From Candidatus Pacearchaeota archaeon (GTDB taxonomy: Archaea; Nanobdellota; Nanobdellia; Pacearchaeales; GW2011-AR1): DNA of 42,655 bases. The stretch is from the NCBI GenBank assembly GCA_016186375.1, contig JACPLS010000057.1, positions 1-42,655 of the forward strand, read 5' to 3'. A model generated the notes under the pieces. The model saw nothing but the letters and a program-made list of their open reading frames with translations, did no database searches and was not told the origin of the DNA. Position 1 is the first letter of the stretch, and every line of letters begins with the position of its first letter. Both the position numbers and the translations under genes were made by a program. Below, piece by piece: positions 5,709 through 15,044 of the stretch.

Positions 5709-6098
5709 TCAATATTTCCTCCTGCTGTAACTTCTGCTACTCCCTCCTGATTTCGTAGCTCTCAAACCTGAAAAGGTGACTTCTGTTGTCTGGCCAGGAT
5801 CAACACTTACACCTGATGCTTGTGCATATGTTGATTGTTCTAGCCAATTATTTGAATCAGCATAAAGTGTTGCGACACTAACTGATCCAGCAGCATCCCC
5901 ATTATTTATTATTTGCGCTGTACATGAGAAATCTCCATTTATTGAAACTTCAGTTGGTGTGCAAGAAAAACTATTTACTGCAAAAGAAGCAGCAGCATTT
6001 ACTAAAGGTAAGATAATAAAAACACTTAAGAATATAATTAATATATTTACAGCTATTTTATTCACTTTTTTCTTTGAGATTTTCAGATTATTGGTCAT
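5709..6098 (-). CDS. secreted protein with signal peptide and CARDB-like beta-sandwich; likely the N-terminal part of a frameshifted gene
   Basis: The signal/TM segment is IAVNILIIFLSVFIILPLVNAAAS. VDPGQTTEVTFSG is CARDB-like. Its start lies 4 nt from the stop of the giant gene. Confidence 0.55.
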   Translation of the reverse strand: MTNNLKISKKKVNKIAVNILIIFLSVFIILPLVNAAASFAVNSFSCTPTEVSINGDFSCTAQIINNGDAAGSVSVATLYADSNNWLEQSTYAQASGVSVDPGQTTEVTFSGLRATKSGGSSRSYSRRKY

Positions 6099-6101
6099 TT
6101 T

Positions 6102-9100
6102 TTATGTTCCTTTTGTAATATTAAATGCTACAACCTCACTTGCAGAGTTATAATCGCTGTCCCAGCAAGAGATCTGTACGCCGTAATTCTGTATACTCCA
6201 ATTGCTTACATTAAATGTATAACTATGTGATGTTCCTCCAGTTGTTAGACCAGTAGAGCCTGAAGAATAGAACCAGTTAGTTCCATTGCTTATTGTCCTA
6301 TAATTAGTGTTAATATATTCATAATAATACTTTGACCCATTATATGCAAAAGCTGATAGATTACATGCAGCTTTCTTTTGAGCAGTTAAACTACCATTAT
6401 TTGAGTTCTGGCTAATATTTCCACAACGCCAAGAATGGAAAGTATCATAGTTGAGTGCTTCAAGAGAACATTGGGCATTCTTTATTGTTGTTGCAGTAAA
6501 ACTGAATGTGTTATTTGAGATATTCTGAAAGTTTAAAGGAGTACTTATAGTAACATTAGGATTAGCAAAATCTTTAACTCTGACTCTTCCGTCTTTTATA
6601 GTTCCAGTTCCACCGCTTCCCGAAACAGTTGCTTTTATATAATAATCTCCCTTAGTCCATCCTCCACTTGGATTTTTCAAAGTCAATGTCGCATTACCAG
6701 AAGTAGTTTGAATCCCTCCGCCAACAATACCCCAAGTTGCGCTAGTATATGAAAGGCACCAATCACTATAACAGGTCCCTCCTGATAAAGCATACTGAAC
6801 ATTTGTTATATTAACATTAATCGCACTATAGTTAACATCTCTCACATAAACTCTGATTGTTATATTTTCATTAGTACCAAAGTCATACTTCCAATATCCA
6901 TTAGAATCTGAATTGCTAAAGTACCCGTTATAAGTTTCTCTTCCTTCAACATAAATACCACTCCAATCTTGAACTGTAGCATTACATTGTCCAGAAACAT
7001 TTGACCAGCAATTTCCAATATTAAATACAAAAGTCTCTTCTCCGTTAAACGTGTTATCCCATCTCCACTGATAAACCTTTGATAAATTGCCACTGGCCAC
7101 AGCTCCTGTAAGAGGATTTGAAACATTTGCTTGTACTGTGATTGGCACATTTGTAGTTTTTCCTGTCCCTCCTTGTACGCTCCCCCATCCAACACTAAAT
7201 GGAATAGACTTAAATGACAGCCATCCTTCTTGTGTTGCATTATCTGAATTATCTCTAACTTTAATATTAAGATAATGATATCCTCCCCAACTTCCTCCTC
7301 CCCAATCAGCGTTATTTGGGCACACAGTAATATTTTGTGACGCTGTAAAACTGCTATTAGTAAAGTTTGTGTAACTTGTTCTACTATTTGAACTCCCAGT
7401 CCAAATATTTTCATAAACCTCTAAAATTGAATAATTTCCAGTAAGTTGAACATTGGAATACCAATAAGGCTCAAAAATACTAATTGTTGAATTAACACAT
7501 TGATTATCTGGAATATTGTAAGTATTTGTTGATACAGAAACTCTGAATGGTTGAACACTAAACCAAACCCATCCTGATGAAGTTTCATTATTATTTTTTA
7601 ATGTTATTTCTCCCCAATAATATCCTGTTGGCCAGCTTCCATTTTTATAACTGATATTTACCAGAGCGCTCCCATTTATTTGTAAGTCTGTCCTATTTAC
7701 AATGCTTACATTAATATCTTCTGGATAATTAAATACTTTATTTTCAAAAGTTGATGAGTCCCATGCTCTTAGAACAGCATCATCTATTGTTGCATTTACA
7801 AAATCAGTTGCATTATAACTAGCTCCCCAACCCTTATAATTTCTTGTTACGGTTACATTATAATACATATTTTCTCTTGATTTAATATTTGTCTTCCAAT
7901 TACTTGATGCATTTTCATCTGATGGTCTAGTATCAACATAAAATGCAACTGTATTAAACCATGCATTTCCTGTGTCAGTACCATTCACATTTAATACAAC
8001 TGAATAATATCCAGTACCCCATGTGCCACTTGTAGTATTAATCTTCAATATATATGCGCTGTCGTTATTAATATTTGCATTCCAATACCATTTGCTAGAT
8101 GAGTTTACATATATTGTAGTTGCCGCATATTGGCTAGAATTTAATTCCTTGCAAGGCCATGTTCTACAATCACTTATTTTCTTTACTCCTATAGATACAT
8201 TTCCATTTATGTATTCTCCTCCCGCATAATTGTAATTATAATTTCCTGCTTGAGATATTTTTATATAAAGACTAATATTTTCTCTTGAGTTGAAATAATT
8301 CTTATAATTGCAAGTACTTGAAGAACATTCTATGGGAGTTCCATAAACATCCCATAATTTCACTCCAAACCATGCATATCCATAATCGCTGTCTCCATTT
8401 GAAGTTGTTCCTTGGATTACTGCCCTATAATATCCGTTCTTCCATTGCCCAGTTGGCATTGCTGAAACTGGAACATTTAATGAACCGCTTCCAGAAGTAA
8501 CACTTGCTGAACTTACATTTGAGACGTTAAATCCAGAATCAACTGGAGGCCATATCCAGTCTCCATCAGAACCCATATATTCTACTCTCTTTAATGTAAT
8601 TGTACCGCCCAATCCTCCACTGCTTCCCCACCATCCACTTCCAGCTTCATATAGCCTAACATTTAATGTGACATTACTAGAAGGACTATTTTGCCAATTT
8701 GAACTCCAACCATATAAATAAAATGCTCTTGCTTCAAATCTTCCATATGCAGAGTCCTCTGTTCCATCTTGTCCTATTACCTTAAATTTAACAATATTAT
8801 TGCCCCCCTCCCATTTTGATAATGGTTTCAAAGTGCAGCTATATCCTCCTGTGCTATCACTTGCCTGACATACAGAATCAGTTGAATTAATATTCTGAAG
8901 GCTACCCGTTTCTGAATTAGAGACTTCAACAATACTTAAAGTTGCATTATTTATAACTTGTTGAGTTCCTGTATTAACACTGCAAGCTGCTCCTTTTCCA
9001 TAAGAGCCTCCTCCAGTTGAGTTTCCTGAAGAGAAGTTTGAAACTGTTGCTCTTCCAAGAGGATTATTTGCCTGAATAATTTTAATTTCAAAATAAACAG

Positions 9101-10973
9101 TGTCTCCAGTCTTAAATTGCCATACATAATAATTACCGCTACCAACAGTCCCTGCAGTGTCTTTTGCAACTGTACAACTTTCGTAAGGTCGAACAATAAA
9201 TCTTGCCAAAGCTCCGACACTCTTATTATTTCCATATATAAATACGTCATAAACACCACCAAATTTAGGTACATCAAGTTTAAGCAATTGTGAAGTAATA
9301 TTAAACGCCCATTCATTCACTCCATTTGTTGCATTAACAACTGTAAAATTGTTAACTTTTGTATATGAAACTTCAGAACCATTCATAAATACTACACTAG
9401 AAATTTCAGCATCTGATAAATTAAATAGTGTGGAAGTTGCATTTGAAGCTTTCAAGCTTAAATAAACAAATTCATTTGTTCCAAAGAGCTCTTTCAACGA
9501 ACCTTCGCTGTTAGTTGATTGACCAGCCAAAACTCCATTTATTATATTAATGGTACGGCTCTGGGTTTGCGTAACTCCTTGGTGTGATAAAGAAACATCC
9601 AATTTAAATTTTCCTAAATTCAACGGTGAAGTTAAAGAAAATTCATAACATCCATTTTTTGAACAAGATGCATTCCAACTTACATTACCAATAGCATAAA
9701 TATCATTTAACTCATCTTTTAAGATAATTGAAAATGAAGATATATTAACATCATTTATTATAGTGCCATTAGACCTTAATTTTGGATATGCTTCAAATTT
9801 TAAAGTTTTATTAGGATAAGTACTATATTCATATTCAAATCCAGAGCCAACTTCTTTCTTATTAATAGATAATACCCAGTCTTTAACTTCAAATGACGAA
9901 GATAAAGTAATGTTTGAGCTTCCTGAAGAAACTGTAACTGAAACTAAATAAGTCTTATAATTAAATGTCAAAGAATCTACATCAAATGTAAATTTATTAG
10001 CAAATGAATTATTGCTGTTTAACGTCGTTGAACTAATAGCTTTGACAACATTTCCTTGAGAATCAGCAATATAACCTGAGAAAGTGTAAACATCGCTTGT
10101 AGACGCATTAGCAACACTAACCTCCACACTTGCTTTTTCTCCAAGTGCATAGACATTTTTAAGAGATTTTCCTAATTCATCTTTCATATAAACACTTGCT
10201 GAATATGGAACAACTAAGAACGAACTGAATGCACTGAAATTGTTCAATTCTATATAATACTTTCCAAGTGTTGTTGGTGCGGTAAAACTTCTTGAACATT
10301 TTCCATCGTTACCTGTTGTGCAGTTAAAGCTTGAGACAATTGACTTACTGGAATTTTGAACTGTTCCATTTACAGATACATTTGCAACAAATAATATTCT
10401 ATCATCAATAAGTTTTATTGCTTCAACCTCTGCTTTTACATTTTCAGATGCAAAATATTTTACTTTATCGGTGCTTATAGATAAAAGATCTAGTGATTTA
10501 TTTATTACCATTATTTTTATTTCTGAAAACCAGGTTATATTTCCAGGATCGGTGTATTCTGTTCTTAAAAAATAATCTCCTGCGCTTCCAGACGCTGAGA
10601 TTGTCTTCGCAGTAGGTCTAAATGTACTGTTTGAGTAAAAACTTCCATTAACATCTGTAGTAAAAGTATGATTAAAAATCATCCCTCTTGTAACATTTAT
10701 AATTGTGAAATTAACGCTACTAGCATTAACTGGTGCAGATGCTGAAACTAATGTCCCATTATTTGTATAATTTGCCTGATAAACAAATCCTTTAAAAGAA
10801 ATCATTTCATTAGTCATATAAACTGTACTAGGAGAAGTAAAATAAATATCTACTGTATAATTATTGGCGCTTACAAAAGATGCGCTAATAAAACTAAATA
10901 ATAATAAGAAAAATAATAGAAATATCTTTTTTAGTTTTTTGCTCATTCCTTTATACCTCTTTTCTTTATACAT
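6102..10973 (-). CDS. giant (1623 aa) secreted, sequon-rich surface protein built of many beta-sandwich-like modules; candidate S-layer or adhesion protein
   Basis: It is one uninterrupted ORF with the signal peptide KKIFLLFFLLLFSFISASFVSA. Composition is Asn/Ser/Thr/Gly/Tyr/Trp-rich with dozens of N-x-S/T sequons. Module ends recur, for example GYYWGEITL...WVWFSVQPF, GYYSVVLNV...AWFNTVAFYV and GYHYLNIKV...GWLSFKSIPF. Confidence 0.85.
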   Translation of the reverse strand: MYKEKRYKGMSKKLKKIFLLFFLLLFSFISASFVSANNYTVDIYFTSPSTVYMTNEMISFKGFVYQANYTNNGTLVSASAPVNASSVNFTIINVTRGMIFNHTFTTDVNGSFYSNSTFRPTAKTISASGSAGDYFLRTEYTDPGNITWFSEIKIMVINKSLDLLSISTDKVKYFASENVKAEVEAIKLIDDRILFVANVSVNGTVQNSSKSIVSSFNCTTGNDGKCSRSFTAPTTLGKYYIELNNFSAFSSFLVVPYSASVYMKDELGKSLKNVYALGEKASVEVSVANASTSDVYTFSGYIADSQGNVVKAISSTTLNSNNSFANKFTFDVDSLTFNYKTYLVSVTVSSGSSNITLSSSFEVKDWVLSINKKEVGSGFEYEYSTYPNKTLKFEAYPKLRSNGTIINDVNISSFSIILKDELNDIYAIGNVSWNASCSKNGCYEFSLTSPLNLGKFKLDVSLSHQGVTQTQSRTINIINGVLAGQSTNSEGSLKELFGTNEFVYLSLKASNATSTLFNLSDAEISSVVFMNGSEVSYTKVNNFTVVNATNGVNEWAFNITSQLLKLDVPKFGGVYDVFIYGNNKSVGALARFIVRPYESCTVAKDTAGTVGSGNYYVWQFKTGDTVYFEIKIIQANNPLGRATVSNFSSGNSTGGGSYGKGAACSVNTGTQQVINNATLSIVEVSNSETGSLQNINSTDSVCQASDSTGGYSCTLKPLSKWEGGNNIVKFKVIGQDGTEDSAYGRFEARAFYLYGWSSNWQNSPSSNVTLNVRLYEAGSGWWGSSGGLGGTITLKRVEYMGSDGDWIWPPVDSGFNVSNVSSASVTSGSGSLNVPVSAMPTGQWKNGYYRAVIQGTTSNGDSDYGYAWFGVKLWDVYGTPIECSSSTCNYKNYFNSRENISLYIKISQAGNYNYNYAGGEYINGNVSIGVKKISDCRTWPCKELNSSQYAATTIYVNSSSKWYWNANINNDSAYILKINTTSGTWGTGYYSVVLNVNGTDTGNAWFNTVAFYVDTRPSDENASSNWKTNIKSRENMYYNVTVTRNYKGWGASYNATDFVNATIDDAVLRAWDSSTFENKVFNYPEDINVSIVNRTDLQINGSALVNISYKNGSWPTGYYWGEITLKNNNETSSGWVWFSVQPFRVSVSTNTYNIPDNQCVNSTISIFEPYWYSNVQLTGNYSILEVYENIWTGSSNSRTSYTNFTNSSFTASQNITVCPNNADWGGGSWGGYHYLNIKVRDNSDNATQEGWLSFKSIPFSVGWGSVQGGTGKTTNVPITVQANVSNPLTGAVASGNLSKVYQWRWDNTFNGEETFVFNIGNCWSNVSGQCNATVQDWSGIYVEGRETYNGYFSNSDSNGYWKYDFGTNENITIRVYVRDVNYSAINVNITNVQYALSGGTCYSDWCLSYTSATWGIVGGGIQTTSGNATLTLKNPSGGWTKGDYYIKATVSGSGGTGTIKDGRVRVKDFANPNVTISTPLNFQNISNNTFSFTATTIKNAQCSLEALNYDTFHSWRCGNISQNSNNGSLTAQKKAACNLSAFAYNGSKYYYEYINTNYRTISNGTNWFYSSGSTGLTTGGTSHSYTFNVSNWSIQNYGVQISCWDSDYNSASEVVAFNITKGT

Positions 10974-11006
10974 TTTCTTTGTTTTTCTTATATATAAACC
11001 TTGTTA

Positions 11007-11834
11007 TCAAAATACAGTGATAAGTAATCTCGCTTTATTTGTCGTAAGGCTTATTGACTTTAATATCAATGATAAATCTTTTATTCCGTCATTATTGAAA
11101 TCAGTTCTTTTTTCTCCGCCAACTTCTAAAGAGAAAGATCCGCCATCTAATTCTGCGTTCATTAATGTTGATGAGAGTGAAGTGACTTTCAGGTTATGTT
11201 CATTGCCATTAATTAAAAAAATAATTTTTTCATTAATGGAGATTTCTTCAGTGTTTGCTGTATTAATATTTCCTATTGTTCTAGTTGTTTCAGTTGATGC
11301 AGTTGATGAACTTGATGTAGTTCCACTACCGCCGCCACTTCCACTATCTCCGCTTCCACCTCCACCAATAATCTTTGCATTTGCCTTAGAAGGCGTTATG
11401 CAGGAATTTGCATAGCAAATACTTTCTCCAGCGCAATTAATCCAGTTTCCTTGACTGCAAATTTGTTTCGTGTTAGAAGGATTGCATTCGTTTCCAAAAC
11501 ATTGGACAGGGATGCAAGCTCCATTTTGGCAAACACAATTTTCACCAACTGATAAATGTTTTATAGCCCTATTGTCTTCACAAACATAATCAACTGTCTC
11601 CGATCCTTCGCAGCTATCCGAATATATAATAGAAGATCCGTCACTTCCCTTTAAAGTTACTGTTCCTTGAGAGGAAAAAGAATCTGTTCCATCAGAATCT
11701 GTACAGATAACATTCTCAGAAATTACCTTTCCCGTTGGAGAATTAGAATTTTTTAAAACCAAAAAGACCAAAATTACCAAAATGGTAATTGCGAGAAATA
11801 TTATCAAACTCTTTTTTAAAGTTACATTTTCCAT
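11007..11834 (-). CDS. membrane-anchored Cys-rich surface protein, first gene of the surface operon
   Basis: It has an N-terminal TM segment (LIIFLAITILVILVFLVL), a Cys-rich segment, a GGGGSGDSGSGGGSG linker and a C-terminal module homologous to 5108-5407. Its stop is 33 nt upstream of the giant gene's start. Confidence 0.7.
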   Translation of the reverse strand: MENVTLKKSLIIFLAITILVILVFLVLKNSNSPTGKVISENVICTDSDGTDSFSSQGTVTLKGSDGSSIIYSDSCEGSETVDYVCEDNRAIKHLSVGENCVCQNGACIPVQCFGNECNPSNTKQICSQGNWINCAGESICYANSCITPSKANAKIIGGGGSGDSGSGGGSGTTSSSSTASTETTRTIGNINTANTEEISINEKIIFLINGNEHNLKVTSLSSTLMNAELDGGSFSLEVGGEKRTDFNNDGIKDLSLILKSISLTTNKARLLITVF

Positions 11835-11977
11835 TTTATATCTCTACAAAAACTTATACTTATAAGAATCCTATATATATAAATGCTTCGCTTTCCAACG
11901 ACGATGAAATATCTAATTAAATATGATTATATTTATAAACTTAAGAAACAAATAAAATTGAAGGACAATAAATAAAA

Positions 11978-13051
11978 ATGATTCAAGATACAAGTAAAGA
12001 TTTAACGGCAATATTTCAAGAAAGGTTGGAAAAAGATACTCTTGAGCTGTCGGCAATTGCAGCAGTTGATTTGTTTCAATTAATAAGTAGAGGAGAATAT
12101 GATTCTGAAAGTGGAAAAAATAAAGTTGAACACTATGCCAAAATACTTCCAAAACTTAGAGAGTTGTGCAGGACTTCAGGAGAAGATGTTGCAGGCAAAT
12201 TAGAGAAATTGCTTGTAGAAAAAAATTTCGGGACAAATGGCGAATTATCACGAGTTTTAGAATATGGAGAAATCAGACAATTAACTAATCCACAAATTAA
12301 TACAGAAAATAAGGATAGTGTTCCGGCTATTAAAAAAGAAGGCGAAAATGGACCATATCGTGGAATAACTCCTATTCTTCTAGATATGGGTGTTAGTTCA
12401 GGAATAGTAAACAAAGCTACTGCATATATTATAAAAGCAATTGAAGAAAATAAGAATGAATATCTGGAAAGAAATCATCGAGGTAAAGTTAGGCGAAAAT
12501 TCATTGATAATGAGACTACTCGAGCCATATTTAGAGGGCATATTGAAAAAGGAGGATTTCCATTGGGAGAAAAAGTAAAAAAAGATATAAAATATATTAG
12601 CTTAACTGCACTTATTTATGAGTTTAAAATACCCTTTTCAAAGAGATATGAAGTTGCCAATTATATTAGATCTTGCACTTCAAATGAAGAATACTTAAAG
12701 GGGCATTCAATTCCTTGGTCTCGTGGATTAAGATATGAGGATACATCAGAAACAAGAGATCACATAAAAAAGTTATTACAAGAAGGAAAAATTACCTCTG
12801 ATGAAAACCAGAAAAATGACTTTTCCAATCCAGATAGAAAAGATGATGAAGGAATTTTACAACAAGAAGATTTAGTGCCTTATTCTCCTTTAAAGATTGA
12901 ACAAAGAACTGGTATTTCTTTTGATTTTATAGAATCAAATGCACCTTCATTGCTTGAAGTAAAAAATTCTGGGCCAAATAAATCGAAATGCTATGACCCG
13001 AAAAATCTTCAGAAACTTGTTCAAGCATGGGAAAATAGACAAAAAACATGA
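11978..13051 (+). CDS. hypothetical 357-aa charged protein, translationally coupled to the sigma factor gene
   Basis: It is a clean ORF whose stop TGA overlaps the next ATG (ATGA at 13048-13051). There are three HTH-looking segments (GVSSGIVNKATAYIIKAI, FKIPFSKRYEVANYIRS, EQRTGISFDFIESN). No family recognised. Confidence 0.6.
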   Translation: MIQDTSKDLTAIFQERLEKDTLELSAIAAVDLFQLISRGEYDSESGKNKVEHYAKILPKLRELCRTSGEDVAGKLEKLLVEKNFGTNGELSRVLEYGEIRQLTNPQINTENKDSVPAIKKEGENGPYRGITPILLDMGVSSGIVNKATAYIIKAIEENKNEYLERNHRGKVRRKFIDNETTRAIFRGHIEKGGFPLGEKVKKDIKYISLTALIYEFKIPFSKRYEVANYIRSCTSNEEYLKGHSIPWSRGLRYEDTSETRDHIKKLLQEGKITSDENQKNDFSNPDRKDDEGILQQEDLVPYSPLKIEQRTGISFDFIESNAPSLLEVKNSGPNKSKCYDPKNLQKLVQAWENRQKT

Positions 13052-14547
13052 TAGAATATGATCTCTGCGATATAGCTGAACCATCAAGAACAGAACTTGA
13101 GAGTATTGATTATGAACGGGAAGGTAGAGATTATAGTGATAAGAAAAGACATCAATCTTTAGAAGATAATTCAATAGATAATAAATACGATAGTGATATT
13201 CAAGAAAATAAATTGTTTAATCATACCATTCTTACCCCTCAAGAAGAAAAAGATCTCTTTTACAATTTAAGGCAGGCTGTACAAAGTTACCGAGAACATG
13301 TTTCTCTTGTTAGTCTGGGTTCTTTAAGGCTTGCTCAAATAGCTGCAGAAGCATTAAAAAGAAAAAATTCTATGGAAATTCAGAGAAGATTTAGTTCTCC
13401 GGAAAGTGTAATTGATAGCATGTTTATTGCAGCAAGTGAAGTGAGTGAATTGTACCACGCAAATGTCGCACTACTTTCTGGAAACTCTGGAAGTGGATTG
13501 GGTCTACAAAGGATGATAGAAAGAAATGCACAAGAATCTCAAAAACATATACTTCCCTGGCAGCCAAGAATAAAAACACTCGATGAAAGGCTTGAAGGAG
13601 ATGTATACTACCTCGGCTTACTTCAATATAAAGCAGGATTTAAAAAATGGAAAAGAGAAAAAGAAGAGAGTAAAATGGGTAATGAAGAATTTCAGCAACG
13701 ATGCAAATTAATTATGCTCGATACTGGACTATTTCCAGAACAGCTCGCTGAAATTGTTGATGCTGCATCAGAATCTCAGGGAAAATATTATCAAACTAGG
13801 GAAGAAATTGCCAGCAAAAATCACAAACTTATAAAATCAATAGTTTTGAAATATCCGATATTAGACGGGACTTTTATTTCCCAACAAGATTTATTTCAAC
13901 GCGGATATATGGGATTGCTAACTGCAATTGAACATTTTGATATAGATAGAGGTTATAAACTCTTGACTTACGCCACTTGGTGGATTAGACAAGCAATATC
14001 AAGGGAGATATATAACACAAGAAAAGGGATATATATACCTATTCATGTACAGGAAAATTCAAGAAAGATAATAGGTATTATTAATGTACTAAGGCAAAGA
14101 TTAGGTTCAAATTATAAACCCTCACTTGAAGAACTTGCAGAATTATCTGGATTAAAGATTGATTCAGTAAAAAGTGCTTTAGCTTCCAGAAATAAAGTAT
14201 TATCATTTGATGCACCTTTAGATTCGGAAGGCGAGGCAACTTTTAATGATGTTCATTCTGATTCTCATTCTCCTAGTCCAGATAAAGAAGCAAATAAATC
14301 AGATATACAAAAGAGAGTCAAAGATTTACTAAATACCATTTCTGAACGAGAGCGTTTAGTTTTAGAAATGCGCTTTGGACTTACCGATGGAATTGTATAT
14401 ACTCTTGAAGAGATTGGAGAAAAATACAAAGTAACAAGAGAAAGAATTAGGCAAATTGAAGAAAAAGCACTAAAAAGACTCCGTCACCCTGGAAGACTTA
14501 AAACCTTAGGAATCTCACGAAAAGAACTACCTTTAATTTTTTCTTAA
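13048..14547 (+). CDS. rpoD: RNA polymerase sigma-70 family factor (RpoD/SigA-like, regions 1.2, 2, 3, 4)
   Basis: Region 2 is DLFQRGYMGLLTAIEHFDIDRGYKLLTYATWWIRQAISREI. Region 3 is IYIPIHVQENSRKIIGI. Region 4.2 is YTLEEIGEKYKVTRERIRQIEEKALKRLRHP. Region 1.2-like is LTPQEEKDLFYNL. Confidence 0.85.
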   Translation: MIEYDLCDIAEPSRTELESIDYEREGRDYSDKKRHQSLEDNSIDNKYDSDIQENKLFNHTILTPQEEKDLFYNLRQAVQSYREHVSLVSLGSLRLAQIAAEALKRKNSMEIQRRFSSPESVIDSMFIAASEVSELYHANVALLSGNSGSGLGLQRMIERNAQESQKHILPWQPRIKTLDERLEGDVYYLGLLQYKAGFKKWKREKEESKMGNEEFQQRCKLIMLDTGLFPEQLAEIVDAASESQGKYYQTREEIASKNHKLIKSIVLKYPILDGTFISQQDLFQRGYMGLLTAIEHFDIDRGYKLLTYATWWIRQAISREIYNTRKGIYIPIHVQENSRKIIGIINVLRQRLGSNYKPSLEELAELSGLKIDSVKSALASRNKVLSFDAPLDSEGEATFNDVHSDSHSPSPDKEANKSDIQKRVKDLLNTISERERLVLEMRFGLTDGIVYTLEEIGEKYKVTRERIRQIEEKALKRLRHPGRLKTLGISRKELPLIFS

Positions 14548-14601
14548 AAAAATGTAGAAAAACAACAATATTTAAAACCCTCTTTTATTATCAAGATTTG
14601 A

Positions 14602-14672
14602 GCGCGATTAGTTTAATGGCAGAATAGATGGTTTCCAACCATTTGACACGGGTTCGATTCCCGTATCGCGCA
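14602..14672 (+). tRNA. tRNA-Gly (anticodon UCC)
   Basis: The acceptor strands GCGCGAT and ATCGCGC pair. The anticodon arm is GATGG TTTCCAA CCATT. The T arm is CGGG TTCGATT CCCG. The discriminator is A. Confidence 0.85.
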
Positions 14673-15044
14673 TTTTCATAAAATTTAAAATTTGAGGAAT
14701 AATTCTCTCTTTCCTCTTATAAATCCATAACAATTAACAGTATATAACACGGCAAGAAGCTTACATTAAATATTCATAATGCAAATATTTGTAAACTATG
14801 TTGTAATATGATTATTATATTGCAAGAAATAAAGGAAATAATAACTTTACAAAAACGAGAAATAGATGTAAAACTTATAGATATATTTGACAATATATAT
14901 AGAATAAGAAAAACTGCTTATCTCTAAGTTATTATTTCGAATATTGAAGAGTTTATTTTAACCTATGATTATAATTCTTTCCAAAGAAAATACATTCAAT
15001 ACAAAATAATTAGATTTAAAAGTCCTGATTTGTGAATAAATAAC

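Noticed and set aside
6860-9316. Several ORFs of 60-184 aa on both strands inside the giant gene (6860-7414, 7087-7275, 8023-8229, 8318-8500, 8951-9316).
   Set aside because: They are shadow ORFs inside a 4.9-kb uninterrupted coding frame. Their composition is low-complexity and they have no independent start context.
10864-11415. 183-aa plus-strand ORF.
   Set aside because: It is antisense to the start of the giant gene and to 11007-11834. Its Pro/Leu-rich translation mirrors the Gly/Ser linker on the other strand.
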